A model generated the notes under the pieces. That model saw only the letters and a list, made by a program, of their open reading frames with translations, did not search any database and was not told the DNA's origin. Positions 18,500 to 30,116 of a stretch of 64,000 nucleotides of DNA are shown here, one piece after another. The first letter of the stretch is position 1. Every line of letters starts with the position of its first letter. Position numbers and translations under genes: made by a program. Source of the DNA: Escherichia phage vB_EcoM-pEB20; sequence record OP114733; one strand, 5' to 3'.

Positions 18500-19159
18500 T
18501 TAATAATAGCCGAAATCTTGAACAGAATCCTTAATTACGATTTGGTCAAATCGTGGAACATGATTAGCCTCAGATGCCGGATTCTGTGAGAAAAAGTTTG
18601 GTGCTGTTAAAGTACCGGTCATGGTATCGCCAGAACGCAATACACGGGAATTTGCGTTATCCGTAACAATATTTATTCGTCCATCAACATAATCTTTTCT
18701 TGTGAGATCATTTGCTGCAATGGGCGCTGCGGCTTCGGCTCGCACCTGACGCTGTGAATTTATATTACCACGGGCCGAAATTTCACCGTCACGAACGTTA
18801 AAAACAATTGTCCTGGGTCCTGTTCCTTGAGATGATTTAAATCCGATACCATACCAAGATACTATATCAAGGTTAACCTTATCATAAGTTGCTCCATCAC
18901 CTGGCCCAACAAACACCCCGGTCAGACCATTGCCAGCTGCCGGGACTTGAATACCCTTGTTAAAGATAACTCGGCCTAGATAAGTACCGCCATTAGCTTT
19001 AGAAACGAAATCGTTATCAGCCGCTTGTGGTTTATTATATTCCGAATAGAGTTTAAACGTTTTATACAGGACGTCATCACCTGCTGGCATTAAAGGGAAA
19101 TTACCTTGGTGCCATATAACGGCACCGCCAGTTGTACTACCAGCTTTTAAATCGGCCAT
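18500..19159 (-). CDS. 36: long tail fibre distal connector gp36
   Basis: 219-aa ORF between genes 35 and 37. Confidence 0.85.
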   Translation of the reverse strand: MADLKAGSTTGGAVIWHQGNFPLMPAGDDVLYKTFKLYSEYNKPQAADNDFVSKANGGTYLGRVIFNKGIQVPAAGNGLTGVFVGPGDGATYDKVNLDIVSWYGIGFKSSQGTGPRTIVFNVRDGEISARGNINSQRQVRAEAAAPIAANDLTRKDYVDGRINIVTDNANSRVLRSGDTMTGTLTAPNFFSQNPASEANHVPRFDQIVIKDSVQDFGYY

Positions 19160-19183
19160 AGTTGTCTCCTTATATGTATACCA

Positions 19184-19191
19184 TATTTATA
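19184..19191 (-). promoter_or_regulatory. late promoter TATAAATA for gene 36 (minus strand)
   Basis: octamer on minus strand about 25 nt upstream of gene 36 start. Confidence 0.5.
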
Positions 19192-19216
19192 CAAAAATGG
19201 GAGACCGAAGTCTCCC
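19191..19216 (-). terminator. hairpin GGGAGACTTCGGTCTCCC + T-run (minus strand) after gene 35
   Basis: 8-bp stem, UUCG loop, followed on minus strand by ATTTTTG. Confidence 0.65.
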
Positions 19217-19221
19217 AAAAT

Positions 19222-20349
19222 TTATTCTGATGCTTCTTTAAATTCTTGTCCAAATACCTTACCGGTATCAGTTGAAGATTGAGTAGGTAATGTCATTATG
19301 TCTGGGGCACTTAAAGATTCTGAAACATAATTTACACGAATACCATTTATACCAAACTCGGCAGGTTTTGAAACGCTTCCATTACATGATACTTCAGTGA
19401 ATATAACGTTTCTTAATCCACCTTGCCCGACTGGAGCTGTACGATAACAATAAATCGTGAACCCGTCAGCACCAGCAGGAATTTCTATGTAGTCTTCATA
19501 TATCTTCCATTCACCTGCAGCCCCATCAAAGTTTGTATCCTTAAATGAAATAGGTGAAGTAGAAGGAGATTTAAAGAAACGAATAGAAAGTCGTGTCGTC
19601 CCTTGTGCTAACAAATCAGCATCGGCCATTAGTTGGAATTTCATATAAAGGAAATCTCCAGCCTTCAATTTATACCCAGCGAGAGGTGTAATAAGGGACG
19701 TTGTAGGCATCCTTTTAATTTCATTATTAGTACCTCCAACAGCAGATAAAAATGTGTCTGATGATTCGTACGTACGACTAGGGAAGCCGGTAGCACCAAT
19801 ATCATCAATCGTGTCGTACACAACATCAAGTGGTGTACTATAGTCGGTTGAAGTTTTCTTATTACTATACTTAATATGTTCTAGTGCTATAGCATTCTTA
19901 CCAGAAATATAAAACGCCGAATAAGAAATGTCCACTATATTTAAAACTTGTTGAGCTAATGGAATAGCAGAACTCCCAGCTTTAGTAAACCATGCAAGAA
20001 CTTCGGGTGGAAAGTTTGTTTTAGCATTAGTAACAAGAGCAAATATAAAATTAGAAGCATATGTGTCCATGTAAGTAACAAATGCACTTGACGTGGCGTC
20101 GTTTTCAGTAGAGAAATTATATGACTTAGATTCAACTACCGCACCTGTTGTAGGATTTATTACACGAATGTTTAATCCAACGGAAAAAACCTGGGACCCG
20201 AGTGGATTATCTTGGAACTTAATATAAGCAGGAGATGTTGATAACGGACAAGAGCCCGCTATGCTTAATTTAAATCGTACTGAATTGCTTTCCGATAAAA
20301 ATGGCGTTTGGACGTATCCTTGTCCAAACTTAGCCATAAATTTTTCCAT
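19222..20349 (-). CDS. 35: long tail fibre hinge protein gp35
   Basis: 375-aa ORF between genes 34 and 36. Confidence 0.85.
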   Translation of the reverse strand: MEKFMAKFGQGYVQTPFLSESNSVRFKLSIAGSCPLSTSPAYIKFQDNPLGSQVFSVGLNIRVINPTTGAVVESKSYNFSTENDATSSAFVTYMDTYASNFIFALVTNAKTNFPPEVLAWFTKAGSSAIPLAQQVLNIVDISYSAFYISGKNAIALEHIKYSNKKTSTDYSTPLDVVYDTIDDIGATGFPSRTYESSDTFLSAVGGTNNEIKRMPTTSLITPLAGYKLKAGDFLYMKFQLMADADLLAQGTTRLSIRFFKSPSTSPISFKDTNFDGAAGEWKIYEDYIEIPAGADGFTIYCYRTAPVGQGGLRNVIFTEVSCNGSVSKPAEFGINGIRVNYVSESLSAPDIMTLPTQSSTDTGKVFGQEFKEASE

Positions 20350-20357
20350 AATACCTC

Positions 20358-23300
20358 TTATTCAATCCACTCGAATTTAACAGATTTATTCACAGGGTCT
20401 GGAATAATGCGGACATTACCAATCCTTAAGAAATCCCTTATTGTCAAGTTTCCGATTGTTGCATTATCAGAAGGTAAAGCACCAATATCAGATGGCTGAG
20501 GAGGGTTTCCACCATCAAATACCTGAACAAAACTTGACCAAGAATTTTTAGTTTTCTGCCATGTACGTGTCCAACGGGTTGTACGTGCTTCTGGAGTTGT
20601 TGGATAAGTAATCCAATCTTGGTAAAGCGAATCAAGTGTGTTACCAAACTGAGTCAATGTACCAGGAGATTTAACTTCTTCACCACGTTCTAAGTATGGA
20701 AGCCCAGTCACTTCATTAGTTTTTTCAACCATTTTAAAATAACCCGGGAACTGGTTATAAGTGGCTGAATCGTTAATATCGATTGACCAGAATCCTACGG
20801 TATCAGATGTTGGTGCACGGGTATATAAGTCAGCAGTTTTAGAACCTTGTGAACGAATTCCTGGATAAACCGTTAAACCACCTGAATTTATAGTAACACC
20901 TTTGGCAATAACAAGCCCTTCGGCAATTGTAACCTGACCGGATGTATTATTAATAGCTAAAGGACGTAATCCATTAAAACCACCAGTCTGATCACCTGCT
21001 GCAGTGAGCAAAAAATAGGTATTAGTGCCATCATTACGAATAAAGAATCCGTAATCACCACTAATTGCTCTGAAAGCATTTGCAGACTTGCTGATGAATT
21101 CACCATTAGCAGTAACTGAACTACCAAATGTTGCAACGCCGTTCGCGTTCAAAGAACCCGAAGCATTAACGTTTATTGGCATTACAGTACCATTGATACT
21201 AAACGTTATATTCCCAGCTTTATTGCGTTGAGAATAAAAGTGATTAGACGTTTCATCGCCAACTTCAAATATCGTAGAACGACTTGTATCAGAACCACCA
21301 GCGAATTGGTTACCCCATACTCGGATATTCATGGTTTGAAACGGGTTATTTCCAGTTTGTGGTCCTTTTTCAAATATCAAACGAGTTGAAGCACCTGTAT
21401 TACGAATAGTAAATGTGCTATTAGCAGCTAAAGAACCACCAAATTCACCAGTACTAGATGATACAAGAGGGGCACTCAGATTCGTTTGTTGGGTTAATGT
21501 TAGTGAACCATTAACCGTCTGTGCAATGTCCCTACGAATGAACTGAGATGAATCTAGACCATCCAATAAATTCGTGTCAGCAGCTTTTGCTTTTAATGGC
21601 AAATAATTTGCTAATACACGGTTTAATTCATATGGTGATACTGCATAGCTATTTTTCTCGTATAGCTCTAAGTTCTGTGTAGAACCGACTGTATCATTAC
21701 CAACGAATGTAATTGAACCGGATGAAGTTTTAACAAAACCTCTTATCGCCGTAGTAGCAGCCCATGTTGGTTCACTCTGGACAATCCATTTTAAATTCTT
21801 AGGAGATACAGCAGTATTAGCAGAAGTTCCTGTTACAGTTTCAGCCTGAGTAGCAACTTTAATTACGCCTTCAGACGTTTCAGTGGACTTAGTCCCTAAA
21901 AGCTTTTTAGGAGTAATAAGAACATCATCTAAAGTTCCTGCATTAGATTCTGCCTGGGTCGCTACGCGAAGTGTACCACGTTGTGTTTCATTTGCTTTAG
22001 AAATATCAAGAGTATAATGGTTCCACAAGGTTCCTTCTTCAATAAGTCCGGAATCAGAATTAACACTGGTACGGTCAGAAGAATCAAAATGAGTTTTAAT
22101 TTTCAGTGGAGTTGAGATACGAGTATCATCAGTTCCAGTATCAAATTCAACTTGCGTAGCAATTTCGGCTATGCCGGATAATCCTTCTGTCGCTCTCCTA
22201 TCATTTAACGTCTTAGGCGTTACTGCACGTGTATAATCAGCCCCAGCATTAGTTTCTGCTTGCGTAGCAATTTCAATTAAACCAATACGTCCATCAGTAG
22301 AAGTTTTCTTATGTAGTGTTTCAGGAGTTACTACAGCGTGAGAATAACCTGCTTGTGATTGACCAGCAATTACTTCACTATCAATAGCTAAAATTACTGC
22401 GCCTTGTTGAGCATAAGTTGCTTTATATTGGTCAAGGGCTTTAGGAGAAATAGTTAAATTATTTACGGTTTTATTATAAACGTTAGTGCCTGCAGCCCCA
22501 CGAGTTTCAGCAGGAGTAGCAGAAGTAGTCGATACATATTTAACTATACCAGACAGCGTTTCAGAGCCCTGACGTGCCTGCAATTTCTTAGGCGTAATAA
22601 TCGTTGTGTCATCAAGACCAGCATCGGTTTCAGCCTGAGTAGCAATTTCAGCAAGACCGCGACGAGTTTCAGTTGCTGTACGCTCATTTAGTTTTTTAGG
22701 CGTAACAATAGTATCGTCCACAAATGATGCTGTGGAATTCTGGTTAACTTGTGCTGTTGTAGCAATTTTAGCGATACCACGTCGAGCTTCAGTTGCTGTA
22801 CGATTTGCCAACGTTTCAGGAGTAATAGCCACTTCTTTAGCTGGAGTATTCTCTAAATCAACATTTGCTTGCGCTTGAGTAGCAAGAGCAATAACACCTA
22901 AACGAGCTCGTGTAGCATCAGATCCAGCATCAACACGTTCTACCGTAGGGACGTTTTGTTGAACAACCCAATAACGTGTACCAGCAACGGTGTCTTCGAT
23001 ATACGATAATTCTAATACAGGAACATATGAAGTAGTGCCATTGAATTCTAGTTCAGTAACAGAGACCCATTGAGCACCAGGTGGATATTCAGAACGTTTA
23101 GGGAACTGAAGCAACGCAACAGAAGAAGCAATTGTATCACCTTCGGCCGCTTTAATTTTTACTGTTTGGCCTTTACGCATGTAGTTCATTGAAATTTTAA
23201 CAGTGTCACCACTCAAAATTCCGGTAGGCAGCGTAAGATTGATAGTTCCGGTTGTAGCATTATTTGTGCCAAAAATAAGAACTTCTTCATTTGGACGAAT

Positions 23301-24233
23301 ATTTGAATCCGCACGGATAATACGAAGACGCGATTTCTGGTCGCCTTCCCATATACGCCATAAACTATTTGCAGCATCAAAAACAAAAAACGCGTCGGAG
23401 TCATTTCTGCCTTCGGCAGTATGAGTCCCGACTTCACCAATAGACGTTGTATCATCAAATGTTTTAACAATTGTATGATACAGTGGGTTTAATCTATCTA
23501 AATCGACTAGGCTGATTATATCACCATTGTTAGCATTACGTGGAAGTGTAATGTTGATTGGTGCTGCACTAGTAAAACGACGAACGATAAAATCATTTGC
23601 TTGTGCTTGATATGGTGTCGCAGGTGTAACAGTGATTGATTCTTTACCGTAATCAATGATATACATCTGCCACAAACGATTGCTAAACACAAACACTAGT
23701 TGTGAACGTGGTCGTGTCATTAAAACTGTACGAACTTGTTCACCTCTAAAGTTTAAAATACTCTGCACAGACGCGTTAATCTGTACTTTAACTGTCCCGG
23801 TTCTTCCACCAATATCAGCCAAAACAACAGTATCACCATCAACCGGCGCATTTGGCAACGTGAAAACCATATCATTGCCGGCACCAGTGTTAACCGAAAT
23901 CGATTCACCTGAAGAAAGTTGATAAGTCCCAGAAGCGACAGTTATCCATTGTGCATCGGTACGAACTGTACGCCATTGTAAAAGGTTAAATGCCCCGGAA
24001 GGAGACACGATATCATTTATTGCTTGATATAAACGGTTGTCATAAAGAACAACAAATCCTTTGTTATATCCACGCGTAGAATCATATACTTGAACGGTGT
24101 TTTCTTGTACCAGGAAGTCAACGTTTACGCCATCAGTACCTACTGTACGGTCGGCTAATGCTACGTTAACAATCTTGTCGCCACCGGCGTCCAGACCGTC
24201 TTCGGCTCTGAACTTACGTTTGATGTCGGCCAT
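20358..24233 (-). CDS. 34: long tail fibre proximal subunit gp34
   Basis: 1291-aa ORF; N-terminus MADIKRKFRAEDGLDAGGDKIVNVALADRTVGTDGVNVDFL matches recalled T4 gp34. Confidence 0.93.
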   Translation of the reverse strand: MADIKRKFRAEDGLDAGGDKIVNVALADRTVGTDGVNVDFLVQENTVQVYDSTRGYNKGFVVLYDNRLYQAINDIVSPSGAFNLLQWRTVRTDAQWITVASGTYQLSSGESISVNTGAGNDMVFTLPNAPVDGDTVVLADIGGRTGTVKVQINASVQSILNFRGEQVRTVLMTRPRSQLVFVFSNRLWQMYIIDYGKESITVTPATPYQAQANDFIVRRFTSAAPINITLPRNANNGDIISLVDLDRLNPLYHTIVKTFDDTTSIGEVGTHTAEGRNDSDAFFVFDAANSLWRIWEGDQKSRLRIIRADSNIRPNEEVLIFGTNNATTGTINLTLPTGILSGDTVKISMNYMRKGQTVKIKAAEGDTIASSVALLQFPKRSEYPPGAQWVSVTELEFNGTTSYVPVLELSYIEDTVAGTRYWVVQQNVPTVERVDAGSDATRARLGVIALATQAQANVDLENTPAKEVAITPETLANRTATEARRGIAKIATTAQVNQNSTASFVDDTIVTPKKLNERTATETRRGLAEIATQAETDAGLDDTTIITPKKLQARQGSETLSGIVKYVSTTSATPAETRGAAGTNVYNKTVNNLTISPKALDQYKATYAQQGAVILAIDSEVIAGQSQAGYSHAVVTPETLHKKTSTDGRIGLIEIATQAETNAGADYTRAVTPKTLNDRRATEGLSGIAEIATQVEFDTGTDDTRISTPLKIKTHFDSSDRTSVNSDSGLIEEGTLWNHYTLDISKANETQRGTLRVATQAESNAGTLDDVLITPKKLLGTKSTETSEGVIKVATQAETVTGTSANTAVSPKNLKWIVQSEPTWAATTAIRGFVKTSSGSITFVGNDTVGSTQNLELYEKNSYAVSPYELNRVLANYLPLKAKAADTNLLDGLDSSQFIRRDIAQTVNGSLTLTQQTNLSAPLVSSSTGEFGGSLAANSTFTIRNTGASTRLIFEKGPQTGNNPFQTMNIRVWGNQFAGGSDTSRSTIFEVGDETSNHFYSQRNKAGNITFSINGTVMPINVNASGSLNANGVATFGSSVTANGEFISKSANAFRAISGDYGFFIRNDGTNTYFLLTAAGDQTGGFNGLRPLAINNTSGQVTIAEGLVIAKGVTINSGGLTVYPGIRSQGSKTADLYTRAPTSDTVGFWSIDINDSATYNQFPGYFKMVEKTNEVTGLPYLERGEEVKSPGTLTQFGNTLDSLYQDWITYPTTPEARTTRWTRTWQKTKNSWSSFVQVFDGGNPPQPSDIGALPSDNATIGNLTIRDFLRIGNVRIIPDPVNKSVKFEWIE

Positions 24234-24263
24234 TCGTTTTTCCTTTATTGTTTCAATAATACT

Positions 24264-24271
24264 TATTTATA
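24264..24271 (-). promoter_or_regulatory. late promoter TATAAATA for gene 34 (minus strand)
   Basis: octamer on minus strand about 30 nt upstream of gene 34 start. Confidence 0.55.
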
Positions 24272-24274
24272 CCA

Positions 24275-24304
24275 GTTTACGCTTTCAAATGAGTATGTTA
24301 CTAT
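24275..24304 (+). promoter_or_regulatory. early promoter of rnh (GTTTAC-N18-TACTAT)
   Basis: consensus match in the 34/rnh divergent intergenic region. Confidence 0.55.
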
Positions 24305-24336
24305 AGACAAGTTGACTAACTGAACAAGAGGTTCAT

Positions 24337-25254
24337 ATGGATTTAGAAATGATGTTGGATGAAGATTACAAAGAAGGTATTGCACTTGCCGACTTTAGTA
24401 ACATTGCATTGGCAGCCGCATTAAACAACTTTGAAGACGGCGATAAAATTACTGTTCCGATGGTTCGTCATGTAATCTTGAATTCAATTCGTAAAAACGT
24501 AGTGATGTTCCGTAAGCAAGGCTATACAAAATTTGTATTGTGTATGGATAATGCTACTTCAGGTTATTGGCGTCGTGACTTTGCTTACTACTACAAGAAA
24601 AATCGTAAAACCGATCGTGAAGCTTCAAAGTGGGATTGGGAAGGATATTTTACTGCGCTCCGTCAAGTTGTTGATGAGATTAAGAAATACATGCCATACG
24701 TTGTAATGGATATTGACAAGTATGAAGCGGATGACCATATCGGTGTATTAACTAAATATTTGTCATTAGCTGGACATAAGGTATGTATTGTTGCATCAGA
24801 TGGTGACTTTACACAATTACACAAATATCCTAACGTTAAACAGTGGTCACCACCACAGAAAAAATGGGTTAAAATTAAGAACGGTTCTGCTGAAATTGAT
24901 TGCATGACTAAAATTCTTAAAGGTGACCGTAAAGACGGCGTTGCATCTGTTCGAGTTCGTGGCGACTTCTGGTTTACCAGAGTTGATGGTGAACGAACTC
25001 CGAGCATGAAAACAACGATTATTGAAGCAATTGCCAATGACCGTTCTCAAGCTGAAGTATTATTAAGTGCAGAAGAATATAAACGGTATCAAGAAAATTT
25101 GGTTCTCATTGATTTTGATTATATCCCTGATAATATTGCTTCAACCATTATAGAGTATTATAACTCATATAAACCACAACCTAAAGGCAAGATTTATTCA
25201 TACTTTGTAAAATCTGGTCTTTCTAAATTAACAAGTGTAATTAATGAATTCTGA
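24337..25254 (+). CDS. rnh: RNase H (5'-3' exonuclease)
   Basis: 305-aa ORF; MDLEMMLDEDYKEGI...YWRRDFAYYYKKNR...KYEADDHIGVL matches recalled T4 RNase H. Confidence 0.93.
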   Translation: MDLEMMLDEDYKEGIALADFSNIALAAALNNFEDGDKITVPMVRHVILNSIRKNVVMFRKQGYTKFVLCMDNATSGYWRRDFAYYYKKNRKTDREASKWDWEGYFTALRQVVDEIKKYMPYVVMDIDKYEADDHIGVLTKYLSLAGHKVCIVASDGDFTQLHKYPNVKQWSPPQKKWVKIKNGSAEIDCMTKILKGDRKDGVASVRVRGDFWFTRVDGERTPSMKTTIIEAIANDRSQAEVLLSAEEYKRYQENLVLIDFDYIPDNIASTIIEYYNSYKPQPKGKIYSYFVKSGLSKLTSVINEF

Positions 25255-25261
25255 GGTAAAC

Positions 25262-25531
25262 ATGGCTAAGAAAGAAGCAGTTGAATTTAATCAAGATGTG
25301 CATGGTGAAGAACTGGCTAAACTAGTCAAGGAAGCTTCCGATAACAAACTTAAAATTTCTGGTTATAATGAACTGATTAAAGACATTCGTACTCGTGCTA
25401 AAGAAGAACTTGGCGTCGATGGAAAAATGTTTAATCGTTTGTTAGCTCTTTATCATAAAGACGCTCGTGACCAATTTGAAGCTGAAAACGAAGAGGTAGT
25501 CGAGCTTTATGACACAGTTTTCACTAAGTGA
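25262..25531 (+). CDS. dsbA: dsDNA-binding late transcription enhancer DsbA
   Basis: 89 aa from ATG 25262 (GAGGTAA RBS); position rnh-dsbA-33 as in T4. Confidence 0.75.
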   Translation: MAKKEAVEFNQDVHGEELAKLVKEASDNKLKISGYNELIKDIRTRAKEELGVDGKMFNRLLALYHKDARDQFEAENEEVVELYDTVFTK

Positions 25532-25847
25532 TATTAAACCGGTAGATGAGGCCGGTTTATCTGAACAAGAATTAGCAGTAAAACACGATAAAGATGATAT
25601 CGCTAAATTGCTTGACCGACAAGAAAACGGATTCATTATCGAATCCATGGTTGAACAATTTGGTATGTCTTATTTAGAAGCAACAACTGCTTTCTTGGAA
25701 GAAAATTCTATTCCAGAAACACAATTTGCTAAATTTATTCCTACAGGAATTGTTGAAAAAATTACAAGCGAAGCAATTGACGAAAACATGCTTCGCCCAT
25801 CAGTTGCTCGTGGTGAAAAAACTAATACGTTAGATTTCTTATTATGA
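25509..25847 (+). CDS. 33: late transcription accessory protein gp33
   Basis: 112-aa ORF (T4 length) between dsbA and 59. Confidence 0.75.
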   Translation: MTQFSLSDIKPVDEAGLSEQELAVKHDKDDIAKLLDRQENGFIIESMVEQFGMSYLEATTAFLEENSIPETQFAKFIPTGIVEKITSEAIDENMLRPSVARGEKTNTLDFLL

Positions 25848-26497
25848 TTAAAATACGCATGCCTCCTGACGGAGAACGTTATATTAACGGAAAATCGGTA
25901 TACAAACTATACTTGATGTGCAAACAACATTTTAATGGTCGGTATGACGTAATCAAATATAACTGGTGCATGCGTGTTTCGGATAATGCGTATCAAAAAC
26001 GCCGAGATAAATATTTCTTTGAAAAACTAGCAGAGAAATATAAATTGAAGGAACTCACCTTGATATTCATAAGCAACTTAGTTGCTAACCAAGACGCATG
26101 GATTGGTGAGATATCAGACGCTGATGCATTAGTTTTCTATAGGGAATATATTGGACGTCTCAAACAAGCCAAGGAGACGTTTGCTGAAGATGTACGTAAC
26201 ATCTACTATTTCAGTAAGAAAGTTGAAGTTAGTGCGCTTCAAGAGATATTTGATTATAATAACAACGTTCAGTCGAGCTACATATTCAAATTGCTACAAA
26301 GCAATATAATTTCATTTGAGACTTTCTTATTGTTGGACTCATTTTTGAATATTATAGATAAGCACGACGAACTCACCGATAACTTAGTCTGGCAAAATTA
26401 TTCTACCAAATTAAAGGCATATCGAAAAATACTTCAAATCGATGGAAATGCTGCTAAGAAATTGTTCATAGAAACAATCAAATCATGTAAGTATTAA
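25844..26497 (+). CDS. 59: helicase loader gp59
   Basis: 217-aa ORF (T4 length) immediately upstream of gene 32. Confidence 0.8.
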   Translation: MIKIRMPPDGERYINGKSVYKLYLMCKQHFNGRYDVIKYNWCMRVSDNAYQKRRDKYFFEKLAEKYKLKELTLIFISNLVANQDAWIGEISDADALVFYREYIGRLKQAKETFAEDVRNIYYFSKKVEVSALQEIFDYNNNVQSSYIFKLLQSNIISFETFLLLDSFLNIIDKHDELTDNLVWQNYSTKLKAYRKILQIDGNAAKKLFIETIKSCKY

Positions 26498-26526
26498 GCT
26501 TTATTTTATCTGTGTTAGAATTACCG

Positions 26527-26534
26527 TATAAATA
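26527..26534 (+). promoter_or_regulatory. late promoter TATAAATA upstream of gene 32
   Basis: exact T4 late-promoter octamer. Confidence 0.5.
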
Positions 26535-26544
26535 AAACATACCA

Positions 26545-26611
26545 GCTACGAGGTATAAGTGTCGTAGCAACCAACTGTAAAATTTAATTAATCTAAATAA
26601 AGGCAAATAAA
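26545..26611 (+). promoter_or_regulatory. gene 32 translational operator: leader hairpin followed by unstructured A/U-rich region
   Basis: hairpin GCTACGA-N10-TCGTAGC at 26545-26568 (about -67 to -44 from AUG) then AU-rich tract with repeated UAAA; matches the known architecture of the T4 gene 32 autoregulatory leader. Confidence 0.6.
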
Positions 26612-27511
26612 ATGTTTAAACGTAAAAGTACCGCAGACCTCGCAGCTCAGATGGCTAAACTGAATGGTAACAAAGGTTTCTCTTCAGAAGATAAAGGTGA
26701 ATGGAAGCTGAAACTCGATGCATCCGGTAATGGTCAAGCGGTAATTCGTTTCCTGCCGGCAAAAACAGATGACGCACTTCCATTTGCAATTCTTGTTAAC
26801 CACGGGTTCAAGAAAAATGGTAAATGGTATATTGAAACCTGTTCATCTACACATGGTGATTATGACTCTTGTCCGGTATGTCAGTACATTAGTAAAAATG
26901 ACCTGTACAATACAAACAAAACAGAATATTCTCAACTGAAACGTAAAACTTCTTATTGGGCTAATATCCTGGTTGTTAAAGACCCACAAGCTCCAGATAA
27001 TGAAGGTAAAGTATTCAAATACCGTTTTGGTAAAAAGATTTGGGACAAAATTAATGCAATGATTGCAGTCGATACTGAAATGGGTGAAACTCCTGTTGAT
27101 GTAACTTGCCCATGGGAAGGTGCTAACTTTGTGCTGAAAGTTAAACAGGTTTCTGGTTTCAGTAACTACGACGAATCTAAATTCCTGAATCAATCTGCGA
27201 TTCCAAACATTGATGATGAATCTTTCCAGAAAGAATTGTTCGAACAAATGGTTGACCTTTCTGAAATGACTTCTAAAGATAAGTTCAAATCGTTTGAAGA
27301 ATTGAATACTAAATTTACTCAAGTTCTTGGTACTGCCGCTCTTGGTGGTGCAGCAGCTGCCGCAGCTTCTGTTGCAGATAAAGTTGCTTCTGACCTCGAC
27401 GATTTTGATAAAGACATGGAAGCCTTTAGTTCTGCAAAAACTGAAGATGACTTCATGAGTTCCTCGTCTTCTGACGATGGCGACCTCGATGACCTGTTAG
27501 CTGGTCTATAA
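26612..27511 (+). CDS. 32: ssDNA-binding protein gp32
   Basis: 299-aa ORF; [36 protein letters not shown]...; acidic C-terminus; matches recalled T4 gp32. Confidence 0.93.
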   Translation: MFKRKSTADLAAQMAKLNGNKGFSSEDKGEWKLKLDASGNGQAVIRFLPAKTDDALPFAILVNHGFKKNGKWYIETCSSTHGDYDSCPVCQYISKNDLYNTNKTEYSQLKRKTSYWANILVVKDPQAPDNEGKVFKYRFGKKIWDKINAMIAVDTEMGETPVDVTCPWEGANFVLKVKQVSGFSNYDESKFLNQSAIPNIDDESFQKELFEQMVDLSEMTSKDKFKSFEELNTKFTQVLGTAALGGAAAAAASVADKVASDLDDFDKDMEAFSSAKTEDDFMSSSSSDDGDLDDLLAGL

Positions 27512-27517
27512 TAAAAC

Positions 27518-27539
27518 GGGAGACTTCGGTCTCCCTTTT
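27518..27539 (+). terminator. intrinsic terminator GGGAGACTTCGGTCTCCC + T4 after gene 32
   Basis: 7-bp stem, UUCG loop, T-run. Confidence 0.8.
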
Positions 27540-27565
27540 GAGTATCTGTAAATTGCCAAAAAGTT

Positions 27566-27594
27566 GTTTACTTCTTCCCTAGATGTGATATTAT
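27566..27594 (+). promoter_or_regulatory. early promoter (GTTTAC-N17-TATTAT)
   Basis: consensus match; leader ATCAACAACATGAGGAAA shared with promoter at 49708. Confidence 0.6.
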
Positions 27595-27624
27595 AGTTCC
27601 TATCAACAACATGAGGAAATCAAA

Positions 27625-28017
27625 ATGGAAATCGGAAAATCTTATATCATTAACCCTTTATTTAAAGACGACTTTGTTCAAGAAGCACCACATAATAACG
27701 CTAAGATGTTAAAATTGATTGAACTCCATGGGCCTAGTTTTGTTGTAAACGGAATGGAACCTGATTATGATGACGATACGCCAAACGTAGTAAGTGTAAC
27801 TATGGAAGACGGTACTGTATGTTCTGCCGGTGGTGAAATTGAAACTTATTTTGAGATTTATCCTGACGAGTTCAAATACTTTACTGAGGTAGATTTAGTA
27901 AAGCCTCAATCTACTAACAAAGGTATAGCTTTAGGTGTAACAAAAATCCATTGTATCGTAGATGAAACCAACGTCGACGAAATCATCAAACTTTTGCAAA
28001 AAACTTTTAAAAAGTAG
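27625..28017 (+). CDS. hypothetical protein (130 aa), frd.x position
   Basis: ORF with GAGGAAA RBS and its own early promoter. Confidence 0.55.
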   Translation: MEIGKSYIINPLFKDDFVQEAPHNNAKMLKLIELHGPSFVVNGMEPDYDDDTPNVVSVTMEDGTVCSAGGEIETYFEIYPDEFKYFTEVDLVKPQSTNKGIALGVTKIHCIVDETNVDEIIKLLQKTFKK

Positions 28018-28045
28018 TTTATAACAAGATAGGGCTACTATAACA
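28017..28045 (+). promoter_or_regulatory. early promoter (GTTTAT-N16/17-TATAAC)
   Basis: consensus-like; perfect 10-bp inverted repeat GATAGGGCTA/TAGCCCTATC (28028-28037 / 28046-28055) brackets the -10. Confidence 0.5.
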
Positions 28046-28078
28046 TAGCCCTATCAAATAAAAGTGAAGGAGAATAAA

Positions 28079-29774
<1,696 letters not shown>

Positions 29775-30029
29775 ATGATTTTACGTTTTATTAATTCATA
29801 TGGCACCACAATTTTTGAAATGAAAAATCCTACCGAACTAGATATCCCTTCACCAAATAGTGAAATCACAGTTAAAGGTGAACGATTCATTTGTTATTCA
29901 CATGAACGAATTTATGAATATCGTGAATTCTGTGGTGGATTCGGTGTGGAAAAAGAGCCTCTGGTTTATTTCGATATCACAGTCTTGACTCCTAAAGAAT
30001 ATGAAGAAATTATTGCTGAGGATAATTAA
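29775..30029 (+). CDS. hypothetical protein (84 aa)
   Basis: ATG abuts td stop. Confidence 0.5.
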   Translation: MILRFINSYGTTIFEMKNPTELDIPSPNSEITVKGERFICYSHERIYEYREFCGGFGVEKEPLVYFDITVLTPKEYEEIIAEDN

Positions 30030-30116
30030 CGCTTCAGTTTAAAAGTGTATAATAAATTAACGGGATAAATACTATCCCGTTTGGAGTAATGTCTATCAAC
30101 CTATACTGAGGAATAT

